A DNA stretch of 64,000 nucleotides from the human T2T-CHM13v2.0 reference genome, Homo sapiens (GCF_009914755.1 NC_060932.1), one strand, 5' to 3'; shown: positions 28,302 through 44,595, counted from the first letter of the stretch. The notes: generated by a model from the letters alone, not told the origin. Translations and numbers: made by a program.

Positions 28302-29195
28302 TGCGTATGAGAGGGAAACAGAGGGAGATTGAGACACACAGGAGAGATGCAGAGAGCAGGTTGTGGTGGCTCATTCTTATAGCCCAACTGCTGGCTAGTT
28401 TGGTTTTCATTTAAAAGTTCTTCGACTGACATTTGACTATTGCCCCTTTAGAATACAGTCTTTTATAATTTTCTCCATTTCCCCTACATGACTTCTGTCC
28501 ATCTTTGGAGAAGCAAAATTATGCCTAATGGGTTTCTGATTTGTTCTTTGGAGCCCCACTTTTTAGTAAGCACACAAAAAAACTATTCATCCACATTGCT
28601 ACCTTATACTAAACGTTCTTTGTTAACTTAAATTCTACAGGCTGGGCAGCATAAACATTCAAGAAAAAAAAATTCATTGTGCCACCAGCTCTAAGCATCT
28701 GGCACCAAATATTTCTTTAATGTTTGTTTAAACAAGAAATGTTCTAAAAGAGAGACATTTTTCACAGTGATGATGGCCTTGACTACCGAGGGCACATATC
28801 TGAGCCCTGGTCTTTGCAGGGAGCATGAAGGAGCCTGTCAGTGAAGCTTTCCTCCAGGGAAAAGCCAACGGAAAGGTTTCTTCACTTTGGAAGTTCTGCG
28901 TCTTGGAATTTTTCTAAGGATAGTTTCAGCTTTTTCAAACTTAGTGCATGTCAGTACTTGAGAAGAAGGTCAGAGAAAAGCAGCAGAAAGTGAAAATAAT
29001 TTGCTTTAAGAACGCAGGCAGTGCTTCTGTGAAATCATGCTATTCAGAGACTTTCAATCAAGTGGATCCTAATTTTCTAGTTGCTTGACTTGTACTTTGA
29101 GATTCCCTAAAACAACTTCAGTATTGAGAATTGCTCTGGGCAGAATTGGGGCCTGAACATTATTTTCTCTGTGCACCCCCTGATTTTGACCAGTC

Positions 29196-29460
29196 TTTTT
29201 TTTTTTAAGAAACAGGGGTCTCACTATGTTGTCCAGGCTGCTCTTGAACTCCTGGCCTCAAGCAATCCTCCCACCTCAGCCTCCCAAGTGCCGAGATTAC
29301 AGGTGCATGCTACCATGTCCTGCTAATTTTTTTTTTTTATTTTTTGTAGAGACAGGGTCTCACTATGTTGTCAGGGCTGGTCTTGAACTCCTGGGCTCAA
29401 GACTCTGCCTCAGTCTCCCAGAGTGCTAGGATTACAGGCACCACCCACTGCGCCTGACCC
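29196..29460 (-). mobile_element. Alu-related dimer of two left-monomer-like arms
   Basis: Both halves read tctcactatgttgtc..ggctg.tcttgaactcctgg. Confidence 0.7.
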
Positions 29461-29614
29461 ATTTTCCCCATCTTGATTCCCCATTCTCTGCTTCTTCCCC
29501 TCCTGCTCAGACCTCTATTTCATTCATACCTTGCTGCCAATCATTGCTCAGGTATTAATTTAATCTTGGAATTTAATATTATACTTCATATTTTGTACTG
29601 AAGCAAAGATAGAC

Positions 29615-29911
29615 TTTTTTTTTTTTTTTTTTGAGACAGAGTCTCACTGTGCTGCCCAGGCTGGAGTGCAGTGGTGTGATCTCAGCTCACTGCATCCTCT
29701 GCCTCTCAGGTTCAAGTGATTCTCCTGCCTCAGCCTACCAGTAGCTGGGATTACAGGAACCTGTCACCACACCCAGCTAATTTTTATATTTTTAGTATGA
29801 CCGGTTTTCGCCATGTTGGCCAGGCTGGTCCCGAACTCCGGAGCTCAGGTGATCCGCTCGCCTCTGCCTCCCAGAGTGCTGGGATTATAGGCATGAGCCC
29901 CTGTGCTGGCC
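29615..29911 (-). mobile_element. AluSx-type SINE
   Basis: Dimer; flanked by tgaagcaa(a)gata copies. Confidence 0.9.
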
Positions 29912-30418
29912 ATGAAGCAAGATAAACTTATAGGATGTTTAGAGCTGACAGGGTCATTCATTCATTCATGTATTCTTCACATACTTACGCTTTGAGCCAA
30001 GCATTTCCCCAGGCTCCCAAGTAGCTTCCATTCCAGCAGAGAAGCCATGATAACCCAATCAAATAAATTCTGTGATGGAAGTGTAAGCACAGTCTAGCAG
30101 CAGCACAGGCAGGGAGTGTGTCCATCTGTATAGGCAGAGATGGTGAAGGCTTCCCAAAGCTGGCAGTGGGACATCCATATTCAGAAATGAAGCCTAGGAA
30201 TAACGTTTCCATCAGAGCAAGCAACCCCTGCAAAGACAGGGAGAAGCTGGGGCACGACTAATGGCCGAGTATTGCTGTAGGGTGCATTGTGAGCAGGGAA
30301 GCTCCTGCCCATGGCCCTGTCATGCTGGGACAAGGACCTTGAATACCATGCAAGGGAATTTCGATTTTAAACTGGAGTCAACAGAAAGAACATTGAAGAT
30401 TTTTAAGCAGATCTTTTA

Positions 30419-30757
<339 letters not shown>

Positions 30758-30922
30758 AGATCTTTGGGGAAATAAGGGGTGTGGATGGAATGGGAGGAGG
30801 AATCAATGAGATTCAAATCAGGGACATCTAGAGAGAGGCTGATACAATCAATAGTCCAGGCCACTGACGTTGAAGGCCTGAGCTGGGGCAGTGGCTCTGG
30901 GCATAAACAGGAGGAATGTTTA

Positions 30923-31345
<423 letters not shown>

Positions 31346-31547
31346 TTAACAGAGCCATTAAGGGCTGAGTTCACTTTTGTGCTCCTTGTGTCTGGACTGA
31401 AGACAGAGCAGTCCAAGAGAAGGTCAAGGACAGAGTCATGGGGTGCCCCACATCGTAAGGGCATCATAAGAGGTTATTTTCTAGAATAGATTCCAGGTCC
31501 CACCTGAGATGATTTAGAAGGCCTGGGTGAAGCCTAAGAATCCATGG

Positions 31548-31867
31548 TTATTGTTATTGTTTTTGTTATTTATATATTTATTTATTTGAGACAGAGTCTC
31601 ACTCTGTCACCCAGGCTGAATGCAGTAGGGCGATCTTGACTCATTGCAACCTTTGACTCCTGGGCTCAGGTGATCCTCCCATCTCAGCCTCCCAAGTAGC
31701 TGGGACCACAGGTGCAGGCCACTACACTCAGCTAATTTTTCTATTTTCAGGAGAGACGGTGTTTTACCATGTTGCCCAGGCTGTTGACGAACTCCCGGGC
31801 TCAAGCGGTCCATCCACTTCTGCCTCCCAAAGTGCTGGGATTACAGGCGTGAGCCACCGCGCCTGGC
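31548..31867 (-). mobile_element. AluJ-type SINE inside a MER5-like DNA transposon relic
   Basis: TSD aatccatg(g/t)tt; flanks resemble MER5A. Confidence 0.8.
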
Positions 31868-32879
31868 TAGTAATCCATGTTTTAAAAAAATCTCTTCAGG
31901 GACTCTGAGCAGCAACCCAAGCTGGGAGTCACAGGTCAGTCCCACCCTCTTCCATGACAGAGCTAGACCTGATTTCCTGCAGGGTGGAGAGACTTTCCAA
32001 AGGTCACAGAGCTCCCTAGAAGCTGAGTGAAGCTCAGACTCCTAGGCCACTGTCGTTTCTTCTCTGTGGGGCTCATTTCTCCACCAGATTCCTTGGTCTT
32101 GTTTCGATTTTAAAGCCACTGATGAGGGTCTGCACTTCCCTCTTGTGTTTGTAACATGTGATCAGTTCTAACCCAAATTTGGCTGAGCAGTGGATTTGGT
32201 AGACTGAAAGAGATGTCCCTCACAAGCTCATGACACTGGTTTCTAAACAATTCTATATTGTACAGTGCTCTTAGTAAAGAGGAAATTTGTTCTCAGTGGC
32301 TCAGTCCTCATCATTCTGCCCAGCAGCTTTTGGCAGAATCTGGTCTTTGAACTAATATCTTCGTATATAATCTGGACCACGGAATAGAAAAATGCCCCTA
32401 CTTTTGTAAGAGATGCTGGGTGGGAGAAAAATTGGCTGAGAATCTATAAGTCTTCTTTGAGAATTTATGGTTGAATTTATGATGATGCAGAAATAAAAGA
32501 CAAGATCACTGTGTTTAGGAAAATGGAATCTCATTGGTTCTGGGAGACAACTAGTGAATGCCAAGATTTCTCTCCAGTTCTTTCCTTGGGAGCACACATC
32601 CCCTCAGAATTAGTCACATCCATGTGACTTGCTTTAGCTAACAAAATGTTGGCATAACAATGGGTATCGCTTTAAAAAAATTTTTTTAGCTTTTTTTGTT
32701 GTTAACTTTAGCAACCCTATTAACTGAACAACGGGTATCACTTCTACTTGTATTAAATATGTATAAAACTTCTCCATTTTCCATGAACCCTGAAGCCTTC
32801 TGTTGATTTCACACAGTGGTAGAACTTTTGTCAACCTGGGCCACCTGGACTCTGATGATCAGAACCCCTCCGCCAATTA

Positions 32880-33290
<411 letters not shown>

Positions 33291-33399
33291 TTAATCTGAC
33301 TAATGCACTGGTCAATAAGAAATACGCATGGGAAACATAACGCAAACCCTGAAATATCATAAAACCGGAAGATCTCAGGGGGCTAGAGTCATCAGAGAA

Positions 33400-34070
33400 G
33401 GCAATCCTGGTCAACTGGAATAATGGGACATAAACTGGATGGGGTTCAGTAGAGAAAAATTCAGGGTTATGCACTTGGAGTTGAAAAGTGAACATGTTCA
33501 AAGGCAAGGTGCCAACTACTCAAAGGCAGTTGGCTGGAAAATTTAAAGTATAGCTTTAGTGGACAGCCAGTTGACCGGGAAGAATTGTCACAATCCTGCA
33601 GCTCTGTTGATTGAAAAAAATGCAAGCAGAGAACTGTAGCAAATGAAAAGCATGTCTGTATCATGAGGTAATTGTTACATTGCTCTCTGTACTGTCCAGA
33701 GCTGTAACAGAGAGCTGGGGCTGGCTCCCGGCTCCATAGTTCTACGGGAATTGAGAGAATGTGGAGAGTTCAGAGCTAAAGCAGAATAGTCATCCTGTGA
33801 CCAGCAAACAAGGGCTAAAGGACCTAGGATTATTTAGCCTAGAGAGGAGATGCATCAGAGGTGAATTAAGAAGTGCCAGCATTGGACTTAAACTTCAGAA
33901 GAGCCATTGCGTGGAGGATGATGACTGTTTTTTCCCTCTGTTGCCAAGGACACAAAAAGAATGGGCTCATTAAAGTTAAACAAAAGGAAGAATTTCCTGA
34001 TGCCTAGGGTTGTTTGACACCAGATAGGGCTGGAGATTTTTCTTTGGAGGACTTTGCAAAATCAATATTC
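33400..34070 (+). mobile_element. L3/CR1 LINE ORF2 3' relic
   Basis: LKDLGLFSLERRCIRGE matches the CR1 C-terminal LKELGLFSLEKRRLRGD motif; upstream agggttatgcacttgg is KVLHLG-like. Confidence 0.8.
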
Positions 34071-34392
34071 TTTTAAATGCAGTAGATTGGCTCTTTCCTG
34101 AAGTAAAGGGAGGGAAGCCTGGCAGTCTCATTTCTACCATGACCAGGATGGCAGTGGATGATGTTCACTGTGGGACACACTCGATGTGCATGCTAAACTA
34201 ACGTTTTGCACAACTCCCAGCATCCTACGGGCAGCTGTGTTCCTTTCCTTCTTCTCAAGAAAACATATTAGGAAACAAGAGCTACTTGTTGGTGATCAGG
34301 ATAACCTCAACTCCTCTTTTTTAAAAAGGTAAATGTTTTGTAAATGTCAGTCTTTTAACTATTGCTTGTAAAAATAACTAAATAACTTGTGA

Positions 34393-34716
<324 letters not shown>

Positions 34717-34769
34717 TAACAGATAATTCTTGAGTGAGGGGTGTGTGTGTTTGTGTTGGGAGATGTGGC

Positions 34770-35765
<996 letters not shown>

Positions 35766-35937
35766 TAAGTCCTTTAATCATCTTTGTGGTTTTTTGCAGA
35801 ACCTTCTCCAGTTTTTCAAAATTCCACTTCAATTGTGGAGACCACAGCTAGATTAGTCACCGTAGAGAACCCATTATAATTAGCTCAACACTGTGCAGTT
35901 GCTTGGGCGGCTGACTCGGCCATGAAAACCCAGTCGG

Positions 35938-36080
35938 CCAGTCCCCATCGACACATAGGTTGTGTTCCAGGAGTTCATTAGTAAGTCGGTTGTTTGGAAC
36001 ACAGAAAGCCTTTCCCCATAGAAACAGAATTATAGATGGTGGCTTGTTTCCCAGGCCAGTGCACAAAAATCTATTTAATG
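35938..36080. mobile_element. Tigger-family DNA transposon fragment
   Basis: ggttgtgttcca...gtaagtcggttgtttggaac...cccatagaaaca resembles a Tigger terminus. Confidence 0.4.
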
Positions 36081-36899
36081 CACATGCAGCTGAACCAGGG
36101 CCAGTCCCTTAAGTCTTGGACTTGCCTGATCCCCAGTGGAGCCCCCAGTCTCATGGAGCCCTGAGAACCTCTGAGCCTCAAGCATCCAACCACAAGGCCT
36201 CTGAGAGAGGTGAGAATTGGGCTGACAATTTTAGAGTGAGAATCATTTGCAGCATGATTATGAAAAACACTTCTTTGGAAGACTTAACCTGCAATCGTGC
36301 TTACTGTTATTAGAAAGCAATCAAGTTACCCTATGATAAATACACCGACTATATGCGGATATTGTACCTAAATCTACCTAAATTACCTTTAATTTTCACA
36401 GTACTCCTGTAAGAAAATGACTCTCTTTCTCAGTATTCCCATTTTGCCTGTGTCTTAAGGAGACTGTGGCCCAAGGTCAGGCAGATAGAAGGTGGCAGAA
36501 CTGATGTTGGAGATCTGGCCTTCTGTCTCGTAAAGCTGAGACCTTTTCACTGCACAACACTGCCTCCCAGTGGACTGTGCTTAACACTGAACCTCGCGTG
36601 GCTGAGCCAACCACGTATACTCTGCGGGTGCACTTAACAAGTTCTTCATTCATACATCCAACAAAGAATCTTTGAGTGCTTCCAATGAGCGAGGCCTCGG
36701 GAACACAAAATCAAATTAGACGTGGTGTTCTCATAGAGTGGTTGGGAAAGGGAATAAGTAAATCAACGATTGAAATCTATGAGATGGAATGTAATTAAAT
36801 TTTAAAAGAGAAAAAGATAACATAGAAACCCAGCAGAGAGATGTATTGGTCAGACAGACGAGGATGGTGGTGGACCAGAAAGTCCCTGTGCTCCCCTAG

Positions 36900-37210
36900 C
36901 TTTCACCTCCTGTCCTCAGACTATACCATCCACCGTCTACCACACCTACTGATACCGTCATCAGTTGAGCTGAGCCCCTCACATCTCCATCATTTTAGCT
37001 TTTAGCTTTCTGTAAGTCTCTCCGAAACCACGTCAGCCTTTGTTCCTGGTGATTTTAATATCCACGCTGATGACTGCTTCTGTACCCAGGCCTCTCAGCA
37101 CCTTTAACTCCCCTTGTCATCTACCCACCTCAGTCACTTACCTCAGTGGTCGTTCTCTAGACCTGGTCACTGCCAAGAACTGCAACTCCTCTACAATCTC
37201 AGTTTATCAT
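36900..37210 (+). mobile_element. L2 ORF2 endonuclease-region fragment
   Basis: ggtgattttaatatccac = GDFNIH; ctagacctggtc = LDLV. Confidence 0.65.
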
Positions 37211-37419
37211 CTCGTCCATGGCACACGAAAGTGAGAGCGGCTGGAGGCTGCTAAATGCCCAGGAGGATGGGGTGAAACCCCACCTTCCAGCCAAAAACAC
37301 TGAACTGCTGGTCCCAGATGAAACCCGCGACACAGGCTGAGTATTTCTGTTCCTTTTTGCCCCCGCTCTTTCCTGATTAATTATTTCTAAATAATGCGTT
37401 TTAACCGATCAAGCGTTGC

Positions 37420-37475
37420 CTTTTCCAATACTACCTATGACCTGCCCCTCCCCTATTCTAAGCCTATAAAAAGCT
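37420..37475 (+). promoter_or_regulatory. LTR core promoter motifs (CCAAT, C-rich box, TATA)
   Basis: ttccaata, gcccctcccc, tataaaaa in canonical order; activity not shown. Confidence 0.5.
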
Positions 37476-37638
37476 CGTGACCCAGCCACGAGGGGAGGAA
37501 AAAACCATCCGACTAAGGGGGTGGGCGACCACCCCCCAGAGTCCCTTCTCCGCTAATTGCTGTTCCCTTGCTCAATAAAATTCTTCTCCGCCCTCTTCAC
37601 CCTTCAATGTCCAACGTATCCTCATTCTTCTCAGGCGT

Positions 37639-37729
37639 GGTACAAGAGCTTGGGAACTGCCGAACGCGGGTACAAGAGCTTGGGAACCGCCGAACGTGGG
37701 TACAAGAGCTTGGGAACCGCCGAACGCGG
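37639..37729 (+). repeat. 30-bp tandem repeat x3
   Basis: ggtacaagagcttgggaacYgccgaacgYg repeated with period 30. Confidence 0.95.
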
Positions 37730-37863
37730 ATAGAAGCTATAACACAGGCGAGCTGGGGCATGCCAGCGTGGCTGAGCAGGGCGCGGGTGGGGCATCGCTG
37801 GCCGGAGGTCCCGGTTTGCAAAGTGACCGAGAAGAAAAATCCTGCATCAAAAGTTACAGTTGC

Positions 37864-38199
<336 letters not shown>

Positions 38200-39728
38200 T
38201 TAATTCTAGCCATTCTGGTGAGATTGTAATTGTAATAACATTGAAATGGTATGCATTTCTCTGATAAGGAAATAAAGTACTTTTATATACATTTATTGGA
38301 CATTGGAATATCATTTTCGTGAAGTGTCTTGTTCATTTGCTACGGGATTGTCTGTCTTTATTGATTAATACAAGTTCTTTATATGATAAATATATTGCAA
38401 ATAATTTCCTTTATTCTGTCACTTGCCCTCTTATTCTCGTCATTTTGATGAAAAGAAGTTCGCAATTTTGATGAAATCCAATTTATCAATCTTTTCCTCT
38501 GTGGTTAACATTATTGTTCAAATCTCACATTTATTTAAGAAATATATTTTAAAATATATTTTAAGAAAATATATTTAAATATAAATTTGTATGTTACAAT
38601 ATATGTTTTATATTTTATATAAATATGTTACATTTTAAAGTATATTTCTATATATATTTAAGAAATCTTTTCCTACTTTGAGGTTATGAGGATAGTCAAA
38701 ATTATCTTCTAGGTTTATTTTGTGGACTTTCACATTTATACCTATAAATATTTTGGAATCTATTTTTCTTTTTGGTGTGACATACTAATCAAGCTTGTTA
38801 ATTTTTTTTTGTATTTGGAAATTGCCCCAGCTCTATTTATTGAAGAGATCATCCTTTTCCCATTTCTCTGTGTGTCACCTTTGTCATAAATCAAGAGTTC
38901 TTTATTGTCTTTCTGTGCTCGATTTTATAAAATTTATTGTTATAAGAATTTGTCCATTTCATCCAAATTTTCAAATGCATTGGCATAAAATAGTCCATAA
39001 TATCCTTCTCTTGTCTTTTCAATGTCTGAATGATCTGTAGTGATGTTCTCTTTCTCATTCTTAACACTGGTAATCTGTGCCTCCTCTCTCTTTCAAAAAT
39101 TATTCTCACTAGGGAGATACAAGTATTTTCAGAGAACTAGTTTTTGGCTTTTTCCATCTTTTTACTTTATGTTTTTGTATTTTTATGTTGTAAACACAGA
39201 AAGTTGAGCATGTGCTTATGTGCGTGTATCTATCTTTACCTAATAATGTAGCATCAAATTATACAGAGAAAAAAATATGCTTGTCTATCCAGTGTGACAA
39301 TCTTTGCCTTTAATTATAGCATTTTGCCCATTTACATTTCATTAATTAGTGATATTTGGGGGTGTAAATATACCTTCTTATTAAACACACTCTCTTTTTT
39401 CTGCCTGCTCCATGTTATATTCCTTTCTTGCCCTTTTTCAGATTGATAAGATTTTTTACTATTTCATTTCCCCCTGTCCATTAGCTTGGAAATTGTATGC
39501 CTTTTAATTATTCTTTTGGTGGTACCCTAGGTCTCTAGGTAATTACTCTAATGAGTATAGCCTACCTTTTTGACGTTACAAAGTCTAATAAGAATTGGTG
39601 TCTTTGCCTCTTTCCAGGGAGTGCAAGCACCTTAGAATATTTCTATTAATCTTCACCTAACCTTTATGCCATTGTTGTCAGGTATTTTCTCCCTGTATTT
39701 TAAATACCAACGTTACTATTGTTGTTTG

Positions 39729-39863
39729 CACAAATGCAGAAGATGCTAGCACCTGGAACTTTTTTTTTTTTCCCCAGATGGAGTCTTGCTCTGTTACCCA
39801 GACTGGAGTGCAGTGGTGCTATCTCAGCTCACTGCAACCTCCACCTCCCAGGTTCAAGCAATT
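39729..39863 (-). repeat. Inverted copy of 38055-38187
   Basis: Alu 3' end, poly-A and non-Alu flank in reverse complement; about 4 substitutions. Confidence 0.92.
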
Positions 39864-40673
39864 TTAAAAATGCCTTTCTTTCACCTTTATTCTTGAAGGA
39901 TATTTTTGCTGGATATGAAATTCTAGGTTGAAATGGTTAGTTTGTTGATTGGTGTTTTTAGAATCTTAAAGATGTTATTCCAGTATATTTTGACTTCCAT
40001 GACTTCTGCTAGAAATCAACTGTCAGTTTAATGTAGCTTCTTTGAATTTAAATTGTCTTTCTGGGGGGTTTATTTTAAGACAATCTCTCTTTTCTTCTAA
40101 GTTTTATTTATCTTGTTTTTCACTGTGATGTGCCTAAACATAGATCTCATTCTGTCTTTCTTCTTCCCTCCCTCCCTCCTTTCTTTCCTTCCTTCCTTCC
40201 TTCTTTTTCTTTTTTTCTATTCTGTTTGGAACTTTTAGAGGTCCTTAAATATGTAATTCATGTTTATTAAATGATTTCTAACTAAATTATCTATAGAAAT
40301 ATTGTTTGTCTCCCTTCTCCCTATTCTCTCCTTTTGGGGCTCTACACTTAAGCTAGTCCTTACTGAATTCTCTATGTCTCTTACCTTCTCATCTGTGTTT
40401 TCCATCTTCTTGTCTCTTTGTACCTCATTCTAGAAATTTCTTGTAGTCTGTCTTCCAGGACACTAATTTCTCTTCAGTTGTTTTAATCTGCTGTTAAACT
40501 CAATCCATTGACTCCTTAATTTCAGTTATTGAGTTTTTCAGTTCTAAATTCCATTTTTTAAAATATCTGCCAAAATTCTCAATCTTTTATCTCTCTGAAG
40601 AGAGTACACATGGTTATTTTAAAGTCTGTGTCTAGAAACTCTAATATTTAAAGACCTCATGTGTCTGTCTATA

Positions 40674-40975
40674 TTTTTCTTTTTCTTTTTTTTTTTTTTG
40701 AGACAGAGTCTCACTCTGTCACTCAGGTTGGAGTGCAGTGGCATGATCTCACTGCAACCTCCACCTCCCAGGTTCAAGCAATTCTTGTGCCTCAGCCTTC
40801 TGAGTAGCTGGAATTACCAGTGTGTGCCACCACGCCTGGCTAATTTCTGGTTTGTTAGTAGAGATGGGGTTTCACCATGTTGGCCAGGCTGTTCTTGAAC
40901 TCCTGACCTCAAGCCATCCGCCCACCGTGGTCTCCGAAAGTGCTGGGATTACAGGCGTGAGCTGCTGCACCTGGA
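40674..40975 (-). mobile_element. AluS-type SINE
   Basis: Dimer. Confidence 0.88.
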
Positions 40976-41249
40976 GATGTTTGTATTTTCCTTTGTCTGT
41001 GCTGTGTTGTATTCCTATTGTCTTACCTCCTCATGTACATGGCTATTTTCTATTATGTGCCATACATACTTGCAAAATTGTTTTAGAAATAATTGAGAGA
41101 ACTTGGGTAATAATTTCTTCCTTCTGAGAGGATTTACATTTGTAGTGCCTGGGGTCACATGCACCAAACTGAGGAGCTAAGATGATTAGAAATTAAACTG
41201 TAGTTCCCACCTATGCCCCATGTATTTCAGTTTATTAATCCTCCTTGAG

Positions 41250-41429
41250 TTCAGACACAATGGCTCACACTTGTAATCCTAGCACTAAAGGAGCCTGAGG
41301 TGGGAGGATCACTTGAGAATAGGAGTTCAAGTCTGCAGTGAGCTGCAGTGAGCTATGGTTGTGCCACTGAACTCCAGCCTAAACAACAGAGCAAGACCCT
41401 GTCTCTCTCTAAAAAAAAAAAAAAAAAAA
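41250..41429 (+). mobile_element. Alu monomer (FAM/FRAM-like)
   Basis: Single arm with duplicated tgcagtgagc and poly-A. Confidence 0.75.
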
Positions 41430-42384
41430 TCCTTAGAAGCAGCTCTTTAGAATCTCAACCCAAAGTGAGAGGCTTTACTGGAGTTCCCTTCAGTGCACCT
41501 GAAATTCCTTTCCCTGTTTTCTCTGCCCCAAGAGACTGTGAAAGCACAGATCAGCCTCCTAGTCCCTCAGCAGCCCCTTTGGAATGACCAACACTACCCT
41601 GGTTTACTTCCCTGGGCCACTGTACTTCCCTGGTTCGTAACCCAAGAATTCTTCACTTTCTCGTTAGCTATCCTCTACCTTAGAGCAGAGGATCATTATA
41701 TTTTGTTTAGTTTGTCTAGTTGCCTTCAGGAGAGTGTTTATCTGAGACACTTAGTCTGCATTATCCTCTCTTACCAGAAGTAGAAGTCTCTGATATGTTT
41801 AGTTGCTGGTTGTCTCTTTCCTCATTACTCCTAGTTTTCTAATTTTTAGAAAATAGTCTTCATTGTTTATACTTCAAGATAAATGTTTAGTTACTTTATC
41901 AATTTAAAAATTTTAATTAGCAATGTGACTAGACTTACATGAAATCCAGAAATTAACTTGGGACAAACTGATCATTTCACAGCTTTTACATTCAGAAGCA
42001 TGATGCATCTCTCAATGTATTCACATTTTTTAAACAATCCTATTAACTGAATATTCACATTTTTAATGTCCTCATATAATTTTATAATTCCTTTGTATTG
42101 TTCCTGCACATTTTTTAAGTATATATGGTTCTATTTTTATTGTTTTACTATTATAAATGGGATGTTTCCTCCATTTTACTTTTAACAGTTTAATAGTGAT
42201 TTAAAGGAAAGTTATTGTTTACATCTTACTTATTTAAGTAGTGATTTTATTAGTTTATCTTCTCTTCTTGATCATAAAAGCATTTAAGGCCAGAAGTTCA
42301 CCTCTAAGTATAGCTTTATGGAATTTTATTTTTAGGATAAGAAAGGATTACTTTTTTTCCCAAATGTGAATTTTTATTAGTGTT

Positions 42385-44595
42385 TAATACAGTTTGGATT
42401 TGTGTCCCCGCCCAAGTCTCATGTCGAATTGTAACCACTAATGTTGGAGGATTGGATCATGGGGGCAGACTTCTCCCTTGCTGTTCTCATGATAGTGAGT
42501 GAGTTGTCATGAGGTCTGGTTATTTAAAAGTGTGTAGCACTTCCCCCTTCATTCTAGTCCTCCTTCTCTGACCACGTAAGATGTGCCTGCTTCCCCTTAG
42601 CCTTCTGCCATGGTTGTAAGTTTCCTGAGGCCTCCCCAGCCATGCTTCCTGTACAGCTTATGGAACTGTGAGTCAATTAAACCTCTTTTCTTTATAAATT
42701 ACCCAGTCTTAGGTAGTTCTTTATAGCAATGTGAGAGGTGACAGAAACAGAAAATTGGTATCGGGAAGTGGGGCATTGCTATAAAGATACCTGAAAATAT
42801 GGAAGCAGCTTTGGAACTGGGTAATGGACAGAGGTTGAAAGGGTTTGGAGAGCTCAGAAGAATACAGGAAAGTAAGGGAAAGTTTGGAACTTCTTAGAGA
42901 CTTGTTACATTGTTGTGACCAAAATGCTGATAGTGATATAGACAGTGAAGTCCAGCCTGAGGAGGTCTCAGATGGATTTGAGAAACTTATTGAGAACTGG
43001 AACCAAGCTCATTTTTGTTATGTGTGAACAAAGAGATAATCTGAAACTGAAACTTATATTTAAAAAGGAAGCAGAGCATAACAGTTTGGAAAATTTGCAA
43101 CCTGACCACGTGGTAGCAAAACAAAAACCCATTTTCTGGGGAGGAATTCAAGCTGCCTGCAGAAATTTGCATAAGTAAAGAAGAGTGGAATGTTAGTAGC
43201 CAAGACATTGGGGAAAATGCCTTGAAGACACTTTAGAAACCTTCATGGCATCTCCTTTCCTCACAGGCCTGGAAGCCTAGGAGGGAAGAATGGTTTTGTA
43301 GGTCAAGCCCAGGGCCCTGCTGCCCTGCGCAACCCGAGGACACTGCTCCCTGTCTCTCAGCTGCTCCTGCTCCAGCTGTGGCTAACAGGGCTCCAGCTAT
43401 GTCTCAGGCAGCTGCTCCAGAGGGTACAAGCCATAAGCCTTGGTGGCTTCCATGTGATGTTAAGCCTGAGCGTGCACAGAGTGCAAGAGTTGAGGCTTGG
43501 GAGCCTCCACCTAGATTTCAGAGGATGTATGGAGATACCTGGATATCCAGGCAGAAATCTGCTGCAGGAGTGGAGTCCTCATGGAGACCCTCTACTAGGA
43601 CAGTTCAGAGGGGAAATGTGGGGTTGGAGCCCCCACACAGAGTCCCCACTGAGGCACTGCCTAGTGGAGCTGTGAGAAGGGGGCAGCCATCCTCCAGACC
43701 CCAGAATTGTAGATCCACCGACAGCTTGCACCGTGTGCTAGGAAAAGCTGCAGGCACTCAGTGCCAGCCTGTGAAAGCAGGCAAGGGGGCTGTACATTGC
43801 AGAGACACAGGGGTGGAGAAGCACACGGTCTTGGGAGCCCACCCCTTGCATCAGTGTTGCCTCGATATGAGACATGGAGTCAAAGGAGATTATTTTGGAG
43901 CTTTAAGATTTAATGACTGCCCTGCTGGGTTTTGGACTTGCATGGGGCCTGTAGTCTCTTTGTTTTGGCTGATTTCTCCATTTTGGAATGGTCATATTTA
44001 GCCAGTGCCTGTATCCCCACTATATCTTGGAAGTAACTAACTGGTTTTGATTTTATGGGCTCATGGGTGGAAGAGGCATACCTTATCTCAGATGATACAT
44101 TTCAGTTAATGCTGAGATGAGTTAAGACTTTGGGGGACTGTTGGGAAGGGATAATTGTATTTTGAAATGTGAGAAGGACATGAAATTTGGGAGGTCCCAG
44201 GGGTGAAATAATATGTTTTGGGTATGTGTCCTCAGCCAAATCTCTTGTCGAATTGTAACCCCCAGTGTTGGAGGAGGGGCCTTGTGGGAGGTGATTGGAT
44301 CATGGGGGCAGACTTTTCCCTTGCTGCTCTTGTGATAGTGAATGAGTTCTCATGAAGTCTGGTTGTTTAAAATGTGTAGCACTTCCCCCTTCACTCTAGT
44401 CCCCCTTCTCTGGCCATGTAAGATGTGCCTGCTTTTCCTTGGCCTTCTGCCATGATTGTAAGTTTCCTGAGGCCTCCCAAGCCATGCTTCCTGTACAGCC
44501 TATGGAACTGTGAGTCAAATAAACCTTTTTTTTTTTTTTTAATAAATTACCCACTCTCCAGTAGTGCTGTATAGCAATGTGACAATGAAAATAGG
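42385..44595 (+). mobile_element. Full-length MSTA MaLR provirus
   Basis: LTRs ~42385-42749 and ~44209-44595 (catgcttcctgtacagc); internal sequence homologous to THE1-int. Confidence 0.88.

Larger units (their letters stand above)
37232..37849 (+). mobile_element. Solo ERV1 LTR (LTR27/LTR28/MER61-related group)
   Basis: TG..CA ends, 4-bp TSD AAAG (37228-37231, 37850-37853), TATA 37465, AATAAA 37574, ends gaaaaatcctgcatca. Confidence 0.85.

Noticed and set aside
37639-37729. 30-bp repeats as a CRISPR-like array
   Set aside because: Units are contiguous with no spacers and lie inside a human LTR.
38520-38660. AT-rich quasi-palindromic tract
   Set aside because: Low-complexity expansion inside an old L1 with no defined unit.
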